Origin: Tolypothrix carrinoi HA7290-LM1
Lineage (GTDB): Bacteria > Cyanobacteriota > Cyanobacteriia > Cyanobacteriales > Nostocaceae
NCBI GenBank assembly: GCA_019358935.1
Contig: JAHHIK010000003.1
Coordinates: forward strand, 64,001 to 128,000
Direction: 5' to 3'
Length of the DNA stretch: 64,000 nucleotides
The translations under genes and the position numbers were made by a program. The notes under the pieces were generated by a model that searched no databases, was not told the origin of the DNA, and worked only from the letters and a program-made list of their open reading frames with translations. Numbering within the stretch: the stretch's first letter is position 1; each line of letters starts with the position of its first letter. Shown piece after piece: positions 51,539-61,921 of this stretch.

Positions 51539-52270
51539 ATGTCCCGCGTCTCGATTATCATCCCCACTTTAAATGAGGCAAAGTGTCTGGGACGCACCTT
51601 GCGTCATCTGAGTTTACTCACACCCCCAGCTTGGGAGGTGCTGGTTGTGGATGGCGGTAGTTCTGACGAAACGATCGCCATCGCGCAAACAGCAGGTGTA
51701 CAAGTAATTTCTGCCAAACAATGCGGACGCGCTGCCCAATCAAATCAAGGTGCAGAAGTCGCAACCGGAGAAATCCTCTGCTTTCTCCACGCAGATACTT
51801 TGGTAAGCGACGACTTGGTAACAGTTATTGAGCAGACACTAGCAGACAAAACTGTTGTTGCTGGCGGTTTTATTTCCCTGATGGCAGGTGAAAAAACAAC
51901 GCGCTGGGGAGTTTCACTGCACAACTGGCTGAAAACTTATTATGCACCGTTGCTTTTTCGCCCACATTTGTTTTTTCAAGGACTGCGCTTATTGTTTGGC
52001 GATCAAGTAATTTTCGCACGCCGCGCTGATTTCTGGGAATGTGGCGGTTTTGACAGCAACCTCCCAATTATGGAAGAAGCCGACTTGTGCATAAAAATAG
52101 TACGACGGGGAAAAATTCGCTTGGTGAATCGCATCGTCCAAAGTAGCGATCGCCGTGTCGCAAAATGGGGCTTCTTCAAAGCCACCGCAATATATCTTTA
52201 CATCGGCTTTCTTTGGGGTGTTGGTGTGTCCCCACAATACCTGAAGCAATTTTATAAAGACATTCGCTGA
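51539..52270 (+). CDS. GT2 glycosyltransferase, TIGR04283-like
   Basis: SIIIPTLNE, VDGGS.D.T, GRAAQ.N.GA, FLHADT, FGDQ..F, IMEE.DL, SS.RR. Confidence 0.85.
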   Translation: MSRVSIIIPTLNEAKCLGRTLRHLSLLTPPAWEVLVVDGGSSDETIAIAQTAGVQVISAKQCGRAAQSNQGAEVATGEILCFLHADTLVSDDLVTVIEQTLADKTVVAGGFISLMAGEKTTRWGVSLHNWLKTYYAPLLFRPHLFFQGLRLLFGDQVIFARRADFWECGGFDSNLPIMEEADLCIKIVRRGKIRLVNRIVQSSDRRVAKWGFFKATAIYLYIGFLWGVGVSPQYLKQFYKDIR

Positions 52271-52370
52271 AAATATTTAGCCCCTCGTGTCCTGATTGTA
52301 GTCAGCGCAGAGAGCGCGAAAATATCAAAATATACAGGATGCCAAAAGACTCGAAAAAGCCTATTCCTTC

Positions 52371-52398
52371 GTAGAGACAATTCATGAATTGTCTCTAC
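52371..52398. repeat. Perfect 28-bp REP-like palindrome
   Basis: gtagagacaattcatgaattgtctctac. Confidence 0.9.
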
Positions 52399-52548
52399 AA
52401 TCGATGATTTTGCGCTCATTCCTAATATAAACAGAAATTGTTGCCTGGAGAACCTTTATTAACTCAAGAAGTCTATTGAAAAAAATCGCCACCCCGTCGT
52501 GGCGGTTTATCAAAAATGGGAATTGAAAACATCAGGAGTTAAGCTTAT

Positions 52549-52779
52549 TTTAATTTTGAAATCATCGGGGACATTACCAATATTGAAATAATTGCAGTTG
52601 GTAATTCTATTCGTGAACTCGAACGCTTGCGGAAAACATATGGTTCCGGACGTTGGCGGAAACTCAAGGGAATTGCAACCATTAGCTTAAACGACGGAAC
52701 AATTTGTGAAGCTGAGTTACACTGGTATGAAGCGCATGGCATTGGTAAGAAAGAAATAAAAATTAAACGCTTTTTATAG
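52549..52779 (+). pseudogene. Small basic protein with no canonical start codon, first gene of a two-gene pair
   Basis: Hand translation: FNFEIIGDITNIEIIAVGNSIRELERLRKTYGSGRWRKLKGIATISLNDGTICEAELHWYEAHGIGKKEIKIKRFL*. AGGAG at 52534-38, in-frame TAA at 52540, no ATG/GTG/TTG. Confidence 0.7.
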
Positions 52780-52787
52780 GAGTACTT

Positions 52788-53021
52788 ATGCAGTTAGCGA
52801 ATACAGAAACTAAATTTGTTGTTTGTATTAGCAACAAAGATTACCCAGCTTCTTTAGAAATCAGAAAAATTTACCAGATTGTTCCTGATTATTATGCCGC
52901 TCAACATCAAATGATTCGGGTGATTGACGAATCAGGCGAAGATTATTTATACCCAAGTAGTTACTTTATATCTATTAAGTTACCCAAGGCGCTTGAAGAA
53001 GCCTTATCCGTAGCTAGTTAA
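52788..53021 (+). CDS. Small conserved hypothetical protein, second gene of the pair
   Basis: FVVCI.N.DYPASLE.RKIY...RVIDESGEDYLYP. Its AGGAG RBS overlaps the upstream stop. Confidence 0.75.
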   Translation: MQLANTETKFVVCISNKDYPASLEIRKIYQIVPDYYAAQHQMIRVIDESGEDYLYPSSYFISIKLPKALEEALSVAS

Positions 53022-53590
53022 GTTTTAAAATATATTTTTTAATAAACTCTAGAACCTTGAACTTAGGTGCAATAAACTTAAAAGTTTTCGCGATCGCGTG
53101 GTGGCACATTTAACGTCACAAAAAAGCTCCTAGGAAACTCCAGAAACTTATCTAGTTCAAACAGCGTCTAAATTGACATCAATCATATTGGCACTTATAA
53201 AGCTGCTTTTCATTCGTCAGCTTTGCCCAAAAAGCGTTAGCCGCCGAGGGCACTTTTTCGCTCCGCACCGAGAAAGCGGCTCTTCTTCTTTATTCGCTGT
53301 ATGCTTATATAGTTTTGATAAATCGCTTTTCTCTCTAGAAAACATATAACTTTACAAAACTTAAAAATTCTCACCAAGTGAGGAAAATAGCTAAAAGACA
53401 TTGATTTCCGGCGATAGCAAACAAAAAGCAAAAACAGCAATCCGGAAAATACTGCATAACTTGAGTGATTCCAGACCTAAATAACAGAGGAAGTCGAAAT
53501 GGCAACTTCGAGTAAATAATCACGCTCGATGTCCACCAAAGACATCATTCAATCAGGGGCAACTGCCAGTTAAAAATTTGAGTGGAATAA

Positions 53591-54778
53591 ATGGGGGTTG
53601 TGATGCAAACTTTAAAACAGGGTTTCGAGGAGCGCAATCTCGCTATGGCTTCAGAAGCAGAAAAACTGACGCTATATTGGCGGCAACGTTTGGCAGCAGA
53701 GTGTCCAGAACAAAGCGAAGCAAACAGAGAAAGTATTATTTTTTGGCTTTTGGGAAGTAACTCAAAACGCTTTGACTTACTTAATCCGAAAGAGTTAGAT
53801 ATCGCCAAACAAGCGATGGAATATCGCTATCGGATTTTATGCCAGCGCTACCTAGGAATGGCAAGAGAGCGTGCTTATCGCAATTTAATCACTCGGTTGG
53901 GGAGTTTAGCGACATTACGCAATAAAATCCAAACTTGGATTTCTCTGAGTCGCGATCGCCAACGCAGCGTCGTGGACGTATTGCAAGAAGTACTCCAAGA
54001 ATTACTGCAAAGCGATAACTACATGCAACAGCAAATGGCTTGCATCGCCGAGTTTACAACGGATTCCAGATTACAGAATTCTTTGCTGTTTGCCAGCATG
54101 GAAGAATATTGCCTGCGACCAGTACGCAATCAACCGTTATTAGCTTACCGTTTCGTAAATTACTTGCGTCGTACCCAGCGTGGTGGTTTAACCCAAGTGC
54201 CCGGTAGCGATTTAATTAGACTAGTTTCCGAAGAAATTCTTACAGACGACAACGACAACCGCGTTAACTTAGCCGATAATCAGGCGATCGCCGAATATCT
54301 TGAAGCACAACAACTAGAAGAACAGCAAGTACTGCGTCACGCAGTCAAGCAAGAATTTGAAACTTATCTCCAAGAAAATCTAGGGCAAGACGCAGTGCAG
54401 TGGTTGCGACTGTATCTGCAAGGCAAATCCCAAGACGAAATTGCCAAAAAAATGAGTAAGCCAATTAAGGAAATTTACCGTTTGCGCGAGAAAATTAGCT
54501 ACCATGCCGTGCGTGTCTTTGCTGTCAAAGGCAAACCGGAACTAGTAGATAACTGGCTAGAAATTTCCCTAGACGAACACAATTTGGGATTAACACCGCA
54601 GCAATGGCAGCAATTACAGTCAAAATTGACTTTAATTGAGCGGCAGCTATTGTCTCTTAGAAAAGCAGGCAAATCCATTGAAGAAATCGCTAAACAGTTA
54701 AAACTCAAAACCCATCAGGTAATGGGCGAATGGAGTAAAATCTATCTCGCGGCTCAAAATTTAAGAACTCAGGAGTAA
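53591..54778 (+). CDS. HetZ-related protein with C-terminal sigma-like HTH motifs
   Basis: LSRDRQR.V.DVLQEV, FASMEEY..RP, RLYLQG.SQDEIA....P....YRLREK..YH. Confidence 0.75.
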   Translation: MGVVMQTLKQGFEERNLAMASEAEKLTLYWRQRLAAECPEQSEANRESIIFWLLGSNSKRFDLLNPKELDIAKQAMEYRYRILCQRYLGMARERAYRNLITRLGSLATLRNKIQTWISLSRDRQRSVVDVLQEVLQELLQSDNYMQQQMACIAEFTTDSRLQNSLLFASMEEYCLRPVRNQPLLAYRFVNYLRRTQRGGLTQVPGSDLIRLVSEEILTDDNDNRVNLADNQAIAEYLEAQQLEEQQVLRHAVKQEFETYLQENLGQDAVQWLRLYLQGKSQDEIAKKMSKPIKEIYRLREKISYHAVRVFAVKGKPELVDNWLEISLDEHNLGLTPQQWQQLQSKLTLIERQLLSLRKAGKSIEEIAKQLKLKTHQVMGEWSKIYLAAQNLRTQE

Positions 54779-55005
54779 CCAAATATTCGCGCTTTGAGGA
54801 CACCTTGCGTCCCACACACAAAACACGACGACGACTATCAATTTTGGACGTTGGATTTGGGATTCACCCCAATCCACAATCCCAAATAAACTTTCTATAT
54901 ATTTGTAGTTAATTCAACTTTTATCACCGGAAAAAGTAAGTTTATTTACTACCAAATAATTTAGAGGCAGAATACGATATAAGGAAACATCAAGCAATCA
55001 AACCT

Positions 55006-56202
55006 ATGTTGTCTTCACAGGGCAAACCAAGTGATACCGAAGCAATTGGTAATCAACTGTTAACCGATACTCCAAGCGAGTCGCTGCGCGAACGCCAGCA
55101 AATATTTGAGCTAATAGAGCGTATCTTGTCCTTTGAAGCTTGCTTATATCATCAAATTTTGCCATATACCATAGAAGATAACAAATTGTTACTGGGCATG
55201 GTTAATCTAGAAGATACTGCGGCGCTAGATTACGTTGGTAACATTTTGTATTATATTAACTGCACAATGGTGACAGTAGCGATCGCCCCCGACACCCACC
55301 GCAACATACTCTCAGCCTACCTCAACTACAAAAATACATCCCAGCCAGCAGCCAACCTTGCTCAAGAACATAGCGCAGCTACCATTGCCGATTCGCTTGC
55401 GTCAAAGCCAGAGACATCTATTGTAGCCCAGACAAAACCCGACGAAAATTCTTGCCAACAAGCAGATTCTCCTGCTCTGCCAGACGCTGATAACTTTTCT
55501 AAAGCGACCATCCTTTTTACCAGCGCAGACAAAAAGACACAGGAAAATACTTACTTAGAGCGATCGCCAGAGAGTTTACCTGTATTACTCATACCAGTTC
55601 CCGATCTATTACTGCCTGTTGAACAGCTAGCAACACTACAACCCAAGAAATTACTAGCAGAATTACTAGGTCGAGTTCTAGCCGGGGGAATTGGTCGTTT
55701 GTATTTGGAAAGACAACCTTACGAAGGCAGGATACTCTGGAGTGATAATGGAGTCTTGCAATCCGTCTTAGAAAAACTTCCTCTCTCCGTTTTCCAGGGA
55801 GTACTTAATGAATTGAAGCGACTAACAAACCTGCCTGTAACTACATTTGCAGAAGCAAAACAGGTAGAGAAAGAATGCTTGTATCAAGAAAACCGTTTGT
55901 TATTACGCTTGCGAGTGATGCCGGGAATGTACGGCGAAGAAGCGACACTACAAGTACTGCGGGGAGCTGCCTTAAAATTCCATCAACAACAACAGTTAGC
56001 ACGTCTTAGCCGCGATGCTATAGGAATTTCCCAACAACTCAGTCACAAATTGCACGAACTGCAACAACGGCTAGTCTTGAATCGCAACATCAACCCCGGA
56101 CAATTGAAAGCTTTTACAGCACTGAATAAACTGTTGGATGATTTAGACAATCAAATCAAAATACTCACAGATGCCTCAGAGCCACCGATAAACAACAAAT
56201 AA
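55006..56202 (+). CDS. PilB/GspE N-terminal-domain protein lacking the ATPase module
   Basis: ILSFEACLYHQILP...LLLGMV (MshEN-like), GIGRLYLE, LRLRVMPGMYGEEATLQVL. No Walker A motif. Confidence 0.65.
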   Translation: MLSSQGKPSDTEAIGNQLLTDTPSESLRERQQIFELIERILSFEACLYHQILPYTIEDNKLLLGMVNLEDTAALDYVGNILYYINCTMVTVAIAPDTHRNILSAYLNYKNTSQPAANLAQEHSAATIADSLASKPETSIVAQTKPDENSCQQADSPALPDADNFSKATILFTSADKKTQENTYLERSPESLPVLLIPVPDLLLPVEQLATLQPKKLLAELLGRVLAGGIGRLYLERQPYEGRILWSDNGVLQSVLEKLPLSVFQGVLNELKRLTNLPVTTFAEAKQVEKECLYQENRLLLRLRVMPGMYGEEATLQVLRGAALKFHQQQQLARLSRDAIGISQQLSHKLHELQQRLVLNRNINPGQLKAFTALNKLLDDLDNQIKILTDASEPPINNK

Positions 56203-56399
56203 AAATCTGTCAGTAAAACCGCTGATTCCGCTGTGATAGTTATTGTGTTGTAATGGAACCCTAGACCGATCGACCGAAGAGGTTGCGGTTGAATATCAAG
56301 AAAATTTTGATACCGTATTCTACTAAAGATTACGGTTTTTAAAACGTATAGTAACAAATCTAATTTTCTGCTCTTAAATCCATTTTTTGCAGATATTTC

Positions 56400-57083
56400 A
56401 TGCAGACTGAGATTTTTAGTGAAACTTTCCCCCTAATGAGTACAGCCAATCCACAAACTTTAGAATGGCTGCTCAACGTTGCAATTGACCACGAATACCC
56501 AGCGGGACGAGCCGTTTTAATGGAAGATGCTTGGGGAAACGCGGTTTACTTCGTGGTTTCTGGTTGGGTCAAAGTGCGACGCACGCGCAGCGAAGATTCT
56601 GTTGCTTTGGCAATTTTAGGACGGGGTGATTTTTTTGGCGAAATGGCAATTTTGGATGAGTCTCCCCGCTCAACCGATGTGGTTGCTCTTTCCCCTGTGA
56701 AATTACTGAGTATCTCCAGAGAGCGCTTTATTCAAATATTGTTTAAAGACCCGCAGTTGCATCATAGAATGCTGCAATTGATGGTGCGACGATTGCGGCA
56801 AGTTAATTTACGTTTGCAAATGCGGTCTTCACCACCAGCAGTTAAACTCGCTCAAACTCTAGTTAGTTTGGGCGAAAGTTACGGTCAGGAATCAGAAAAA
56901 GGAAAGGAAATTTTTAATATTCCTTACAAAGATTTAGCAGAAGTTACAGAAATTGGTGTCGAAGAAACCACCAAAATCATGGAAAAGCTTGATGAAAAAG
57001 GTTGGATCAAAATTGACAACGCTAATCAGGTAGTTTATCTCGTTAACTTCAAACAATTGATAAATTTGGCTGGCAAAGTTTAA
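56400..57083 (+). CDS. Crp/Fnr family transcriptional regulator
   Basis: YFVVSGWVKV, GDFFGEMAILD..PRS, C-terminal HTH (KDLAEVTEIGVEETTKIM). Confidence 0.9.
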   Translation: MQTEIFSETFPLMSTANPQTLEWLLNVAIDHEYPAGRAVLMEDAWGNAVYFVVSGWVKVRRTRSEDSVALAILGRGDFFGEMAILDESPRSTDVVALSPVKLLSISRERFIQILFKDPQLHHRMLQLMVRRLRQVNLRLQMRSSPPAVKLAQTLVSLGESYGQESEKGKEIFNIPYKDLAEVTEIGVEETTKIMEKLDEKGWIKIDNANQVVYLVNFKQLINLAGKV

Positions 57084-57189
57084 TTACTTAGGGAGCATCC
57101 CAATTCGGTTAAAAGCCTACAGGCGCTTAAGCCTGAGGCGTTGCGCGTACTAAGCCTAACGGAGCGCAGGCTTGAAGTTTTTAGCGCTA

Positions 57190-57270
57190 GTAGGGTGTGT
57201 TAAGACCGATGTCCGTAACGCACCGTCTTAGAACTAGATTGCGGTGCGTTACTTGGCGATCGCACCCTAC
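57190..57270. repeat. Inverted REP doublet (REPIN-like)
   Basis: gtagggtg...gtaacgcaccg / cggtgcgttac...caccctac. A related half-copy lies near 23020-23049. Confidence 0.7.
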
Positions 57271-57373
57271 GCTCAGAAAGTGAGTAGTTATGAGTTCTGA
57301 GTTATGAATTATGAGTTATAAGTTAAATTTAACCCTAAATTCCTCGCTCTTACCTCTTAACTTTTAACTACAG

Positions 57374-59146
57374 ATGACTGAAGCAACAGCACCTCGCACC
57401 GACACCCGCATCAAAGAAGCCGTGCCGACAATTGATTATCAGGTGGCAATGCCTCAACCAGAAACACATTTGTTTGAGGTGACTTTGCATTTAGCAAATT
57501 ACCCATTGCCGATTTTGGATTTAAAACTACCTGTGTGGACTCCAGGTTCTTACTTAGTGCGGGAATACGCCAAACAGTTACAGGATTTTGCCGCTTTTTC
57601 GGACGCGGAACCTTTACCTTGGCGGAAAATTAGTAAAAATCACTGGCAAGTAGAAACAAACAAGGTTTCAAAATTAACCGTGAGTTACCGCATTTTTGCG
57701 AATGAGCTATCAGTGCGGACAAATCACTTAGATGCAACTCACGGCTATTTTAACGGTGCAGCCCTATTTTTTAGAATCCCCGGTTGGGAAAAGCAATTAA
57801 TTCGCGTTTCTATCGTACCACCACGCCCAGAATGGCAGGTAACTACGGCATTACCCGCAGATGAACAAGCCAATACTTTTCTAGCTGACGATTTTGATAC
57901 GCTTGTAGACAACCCCTTTGAAATTGGTTGCCATCAGTTATATCACTTTGAGGTATTGGGAAAACCGCACGAACTGGCAATTTGGGGACAAGGTAATTTG
58001 CAACCACAACGGATGATTTCTGATATCACGAAAATTATCCAAGTCGAAGCGCAAATGTTTGGCGGTTTGCCTTATGAAAGATATCTGTTTATACTACATT
58101 TATTTTCTCAAGCTTACGGTGGTTTGGAGCATAAAAACTGTTGCTCGTTAATTTACCAGCGCTTTGGATTTCGCGTTCAAGATAAATACGATCGCTTTAT
58201 GCAATTGGTAGCACACGAGTTTTTTCACTTGTGGAATGTCAAGCGCATTCGCCCGAAAGCACTGGAAGTTTTTGATTACGACCAGGAAAATTATACACCG
58301 TCTTTATGGTTTTCTGAAGGAACGACGAGTTACTATGATTTGCTGATTCCTTTGCGGGCAGGCATTTACGATGCTCAAACATTTTTAAGCAACTTGAGTA
58401 AGGAAATTACTAAGTATGAAAAGACACCTGGACGCCAAGTGCAACCGCTCTCTGAGTCGAGTTTTGATGCTTGGATTAAACTTTATCGTCAGGATGCCAA
58501 TAGCGGCAATTCTCAAATTTCCTACTATTTAAAAGGGGAAATGGTATCTCTGTTGCTAGATTTGCTGATTCGTTCCCAGCATAACAATCAACGCTCTTTT
58601 GATGATGTCATGCTGAAAATGTGGCAGCAATTTGGCTTCGATGAAATCGGCTTTACTCCCGAACAGTTGCAGTCAGTAATTGAGTCTGTAGCAGAAATGG
58701 ATTTATCTAACTTCTTTAAGCGCTACATTGATGATACTGAAGATTTGCCTTTCAACGAGTATTTGCAACCTTTTGGCTTGGAGTTAATTGCAGAAAACGA
58801 AGAAGAACCTTATTTGGGTGTGAAAGCAAGTGCTGAAAACGGAAAAGAGATAATTAAGTTTGTCGAAGCAAATTCACCTGCACAAATAGCGGGAATCGAT
58901 GCAGGTGATGAGTTGTTGGCAATTGATAAAATGAAGGTGACAGCAAGTGGGTTAAGCGATCGCTTAAAAGATTATCAACCCAACGACACCATCCAAGTTA
59001 CAGTTTTCCATCAAGATGAACTTCGCACCTACCCTGTAACCTTGACTTCACCACGTCCCACACGGTATCAAGTGAAACCTGTTGCCAATCCTTCGCCAAT
59101 GCAACAAGAAAACTTAACAGGGTGGTTAGGCGCGTCAATTTTATAA
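57374..59146 (+). CDS. M61 family metallopeptidase with C-terminal PDZ domain
   Basis: PVWTPGSY, GGLEH, HEFFHLWNVKR, LWFSEG.TSYY, SYY.KG, SPA..AG...GDELLAI. Confidence 0.93.
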   Translation: MTEATAPRTDTRIKEAVPTIDYQVAMPQPETHLFEVTLHLANYPLPILDLKLPVWTPGSYLVREYAKQLQDFAAFSDAEPLPWRKISKNHWQVETNKVSKLTVSYRIFANELSVRTNHLDATHGYFNGAALFFRIPGWEKQLIRVSIVPPRPEWQVTTALPADEQANTFLADDFDTLVDNPFEIGCHQLYHFEVLGKPHELAIWGQGNLQPQRMISDITKIIQVEAQMFGGLPYERYLFILHLFSQAYGGLEHKNCCSLIYQRFGFRVQDKYDRFMQLVAHEFFHLWNVKRIRPKALEVFDYDQENYTPSLWFSEGTTSYYDLLIPLRAGIYDAQTFLSNLSKEITKYEKTPGRQVQPLSESSFDAWIKLYRQDANSGNSQISYYLKGEMVSLLLDLLIRSQHNNQRSFDDVMLKMWQQFGFDEIGFTPEQLQSVIESVAEMDLSNFFKRYIDDTEDLPFNEYLQPFGLELIAENEEEPYLGVKASAENGKEIIKFVEANSPAQIAGIDAGDELLAIDKMKVTASGLSDRLKDYQPNDTIQVTVFHQDELRTYPVTLTSPRPTRYQVKPVANPSPMQQENLTGWLGASIL

Positions 59147-59266
59147 AGTATAAGGTATAAGGTATAAGGCAAAAGTAAAAAGAATTAAACAATTTCTTTT
59201 GCCTTCTTACAAAGCTTTGATCGGAGGAAACCTCCGCTCAAACTTTGCGCTTTTAACTTTTACCTT

Positions 59267-59998
59267 TTAACTTTTCAAAACTCCTGGTTCTCGTTGCATG
59301 GGTAAAACATCTAAAATATCGGTTTGGGAACAATATTTCAGGTCTTCATAACAATTAAGACGTAACAATCGCTGACCGTGACTGCAAGCGTGAAAAAGTC
59401 CTAATAAGTTATCTTGCCATTGAGAATAAAGAGCGATCGCACTAACTACTTCATCATTACCAGCTAATTCCTCTACAGGCAAGTTGGTTTCTTGTACAAC
59501 ACTGTGAGCGATCGCCCCCGCACAAGCTGTATCCTCTAAAGAAAAACTGCCTTCCCAACCTGAACCAACAATCCAAACTGTTTCTGGTTGCTTTTCTATG
59601 AGATATCGCACCACCGCAGCCCGATTGATAAAAGCTGCGGCTATGACAGTTGCAGCATCTTGGACTCGTTGTAAGGCGCGAGTGCCATTCGTGGTACTAA
59701 TAAATAAGCGTCGCCCATGCACTAATTCTGGTGTACAGTCGAGAGGTGAGTTACCCAGTTCAAAACCAGGAACTTTCCCACCACCGCGTTCTCCAGCTCG
59801 CAACCGTTTTTCGGGGAGCCAAGAAGAGCTAACATGCATAAGTTTTTCTAAATCGCTGAAGACTTGGATAGCTTCGCCTCCAGCTGCCAATACAGTCGCC
59901 ATTGTGCTGGTTGCTCGCAAAACATCAACTGCGATCGCGCAGTCTGGCACTTTATCCGCTGGAGTCAATTCCGGAGTGTGGTAAACGAATAGCTTCAC
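59267..59998 (-). CDS. comB: 2-phosphosulfolactate phosphatase family protein
   Basis: [31 protein letters not shown]. Confidence 0.9.
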   Translation of the reverse strand: MKLFVYHTPELTPADKVPDCAIAVDVLRATSTMATVLAAGGEAIQVFSDLEKLMHVSSSWLPEKRLRAGERGGGKVPGFELGNSPLDCTPELVHGRRLFISTTNGTRALQRVQDAATVIAAAFINRAAVVRYLIEKQPETVWIVGSGWEGSFSLEDTACAGAIAHSVVQETNLPVEELAGNDEVVSAIALYSQWQDNLLGLFHACSHGQRLLRLNCYEDLKYCSQTDILDVLPMQREPGVLKS

Positions 59999-60305
59999 GT
60001 ACTGGATACACCTAGTCCTATACTACTGCCGCAAATAATATTTTACCCAGATGCTGTCACTAAACAATAGCTTCGTGCTAGTGGGTTCTTGATGTCTCAA
60101 CCCAGAGTAAACTCTATGCATGAATCAAAGAAGATTGAAATCTTGCCCGTCTTCAATGGGCAATTTCTCCTATTTGAACGCAGAAAAAGCAAATCAACGT
60201 GTAATCTGAAAAGAAGGACAGACTTTATAAATGTACCACTAACAATCCCAGGAATAGCTCTGCACTTCACGCTCCCACTCCCCCCATCCCCAATCGAAAA
60301 TCAAC

Positions 60306-60725
60306 ATGGCACCTTTACCTGAATACCGCCCCAAACAACTGTCTTTAGGTCCTCTAGAAGCAGAAATTTTGCATATCATCTGGGAACTGAGTTCAGTTAC
60401 AGTTAAAGATGTACACGATCGCATTCTTACTGACCCCAACCGCGAATTAGCTTATACTTCCGTGACAACCGTATTGCGTCGCCTTACCGATAAAGGTTGG
60501 CTAACCTGCGACAAAAGAGGACGAGCATTTTATTGGCGTCCGTTGATTACCAAACAGCAAGCTGAGGTAATTAAAGCACACGAGCAGTTACAGCGATTTC
60601 TCGCGGTGGGTAATCCCGATGTAATTGCTGCTTTTGCAGATAGTTTAGATGAAGCTGCGAGCGAACAAATACAAGCGATCGCCAAACGCATTCAAGCTGC
60701 ACGCCAAGCCAGGGAGGAACAATAA
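60306..60725 (+). CDS. BlaI/MecI/CopY family transcriptional regulator
   Basis: LGPLEAEIL..IW, V.DVH, LAYTSVTTVL.RL..KG.L. Confidence 0.9.
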   Translation: MAPLPEYRPKQLSLGPLEAEILHIIWELSSVTVKDVHDRILTDPNRELAYTSVTTVLRRLTDKGWLTCDKRGRAFYWRPLITKQQAEVIKAHEQLQRFLAVGNPDVIAAFADSLDEAASEQIQAIAKRIQAARQAREEQ

Positions 60726-61555
60726 TGCATTTGATCATGATTTTGACTGCTTTAACAGTCGCTTGGTGCTTAAGATCCTCTCAAACTAACTTTCAAGGTA
60801 GTTGGAGTGTCCGCTGGCGGCGATCGCTATTTTTATTTCTCTTTCCGCCCTTGTTAATTTTTATGACAGCGATCGCCGTTTTGTGCATGGGACCCCAAGG
60901 CAATATGGGCGGCATGTACACCGGCTGGTTTAGCTATGTCTTAACGTTAATTTCTCTTGCGATATTTGACATTTTGTGCATTAAACTTGCCTTCGGTGGT
61001 TGGCAATCTGTGAAATCTGTCCGCAACTGTCCTTTAGTTAATCTTGAGGGTAAACAAGTTAGGTTACTCAACACCGAAGCGCTGTTTGCCGGTCAAATCG
61101 GTTTTTGGCGATCGGAATTAGTAATTAGCCAAGGACTACTGGAAACTCTTTCACCAAAGCATTTAGAAAGTGTCTTCGCACACGAGCAAGGGCATTACCA
61201 TTACAAAGATACATTCTGGTTTTTTTGGCTGGGTTGGGTGCGTTGCTGCACCGCTTGGTTGCCAAATACAGATGCTTTGTGGCAAGAACTGTTAATTTTG
61301 CGCGAATTACGTGCGGATGCTTACGCTGCATCGCGAGTAGACCCGTTATTGTTAGCAGAATCGCTGTTGTTGGTAGTGAGTACAACTCCTATATCCTCAG
61401 AAATTTTCTGTGCAGCATTAGGATGCGATCGCTTAGAACAAAGAATAGAAGCTTTGTTAGCACAACCAGAACCGACTCCAAAACTTAACTTCCAATTTTG
61501 GAATGGCTTTTTGTTGGCATTTTTGCCTTTAGTGACTGTGATATTTCACAACTAA
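60725..61555 (+). CDS. M56 family membrane metallopeptidase (BlaR1-like)
   Basis: TM segments, HEQGH (HExxH), ELRAD. Translationally coupled to the repressor gene. Confidence 0.88.
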   Translation: MHLIMILTALTVAWCLRSSQTNFQGSWSVRWRRSLFLFLFPPLLIFMTAIAVLCMGPQGNMGGMYTGWFSYVLTLISLAIFDILCIKLAFGGWQSVKSVRNCPLVNLEGKQVRLLNTEALFAGQIGFWRSELVISQGLLETLSPKHLESVFAHEQGHYHYKDTFWFFWLGWVRCCTAWLPNTDALWQELLILRELRADAYAASRVDPLLLAESLLLVVSTTPISSEIFCAALGCDRLEQRIEALLAQPEPTPKLNFQFWNGFLLAFLPLVTVIFHN

Positions 61556-61656
61556 ATTGCTAACTAACGTAGCGATCGCGCACCTGACAATAATAAAAGC
61601 TTGATGTGCGATCGCTTTCACTTTTTTTAGCATTAAGCAAAAGAATAAGCGATCGC

Positions 61657-61880
61657 CTGGTAAGTCAACGATTACAAACGCGATTATCGGACAGGAGATT
61701 TTGCCAAGTCGTAACGCTGCGATGACGACGCTTCCCACTGAAATTATTTTTGATGCTGGTTTGATTTCGCCAGTTTTATATCTGAGTTCAGAAATTTTGG
61801 CAGTTTTTCATCACACACTGTCATCTTTGCGCGATCAAATTGATGATATGGGGATTGAACAAGCAAAGCAAAAGCTGTGA
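61657..61880 (+). pseudogene. Fragment of a bacterial dynamin-like GTPase (CrfC/YjdA-like G1-G2 region)
   Basis: Hand translation from 61659: GKSTITNAIIGQEILPSRNAAMTTLPTEI...KQKL*. No start codon; begins right after a HIP1 site. Confidence 0.7.
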
Positions 61881-61921
61881 GGTGAGGGAAAGCCACTTTG
61901 TCATGGATTTACTAAACTCCA

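Noticed and set aside
53236..53520. Riboswitch or DIF1 promoter upstream of the HetZ-related gene
   Set aside because: The GC-rich stretch matches no riboswitch consensus I can verify. TCCGGA at 53441 lacks the G(G/T)ANA element at 17-18 nt. An Infernal/Rfam search would be needed.
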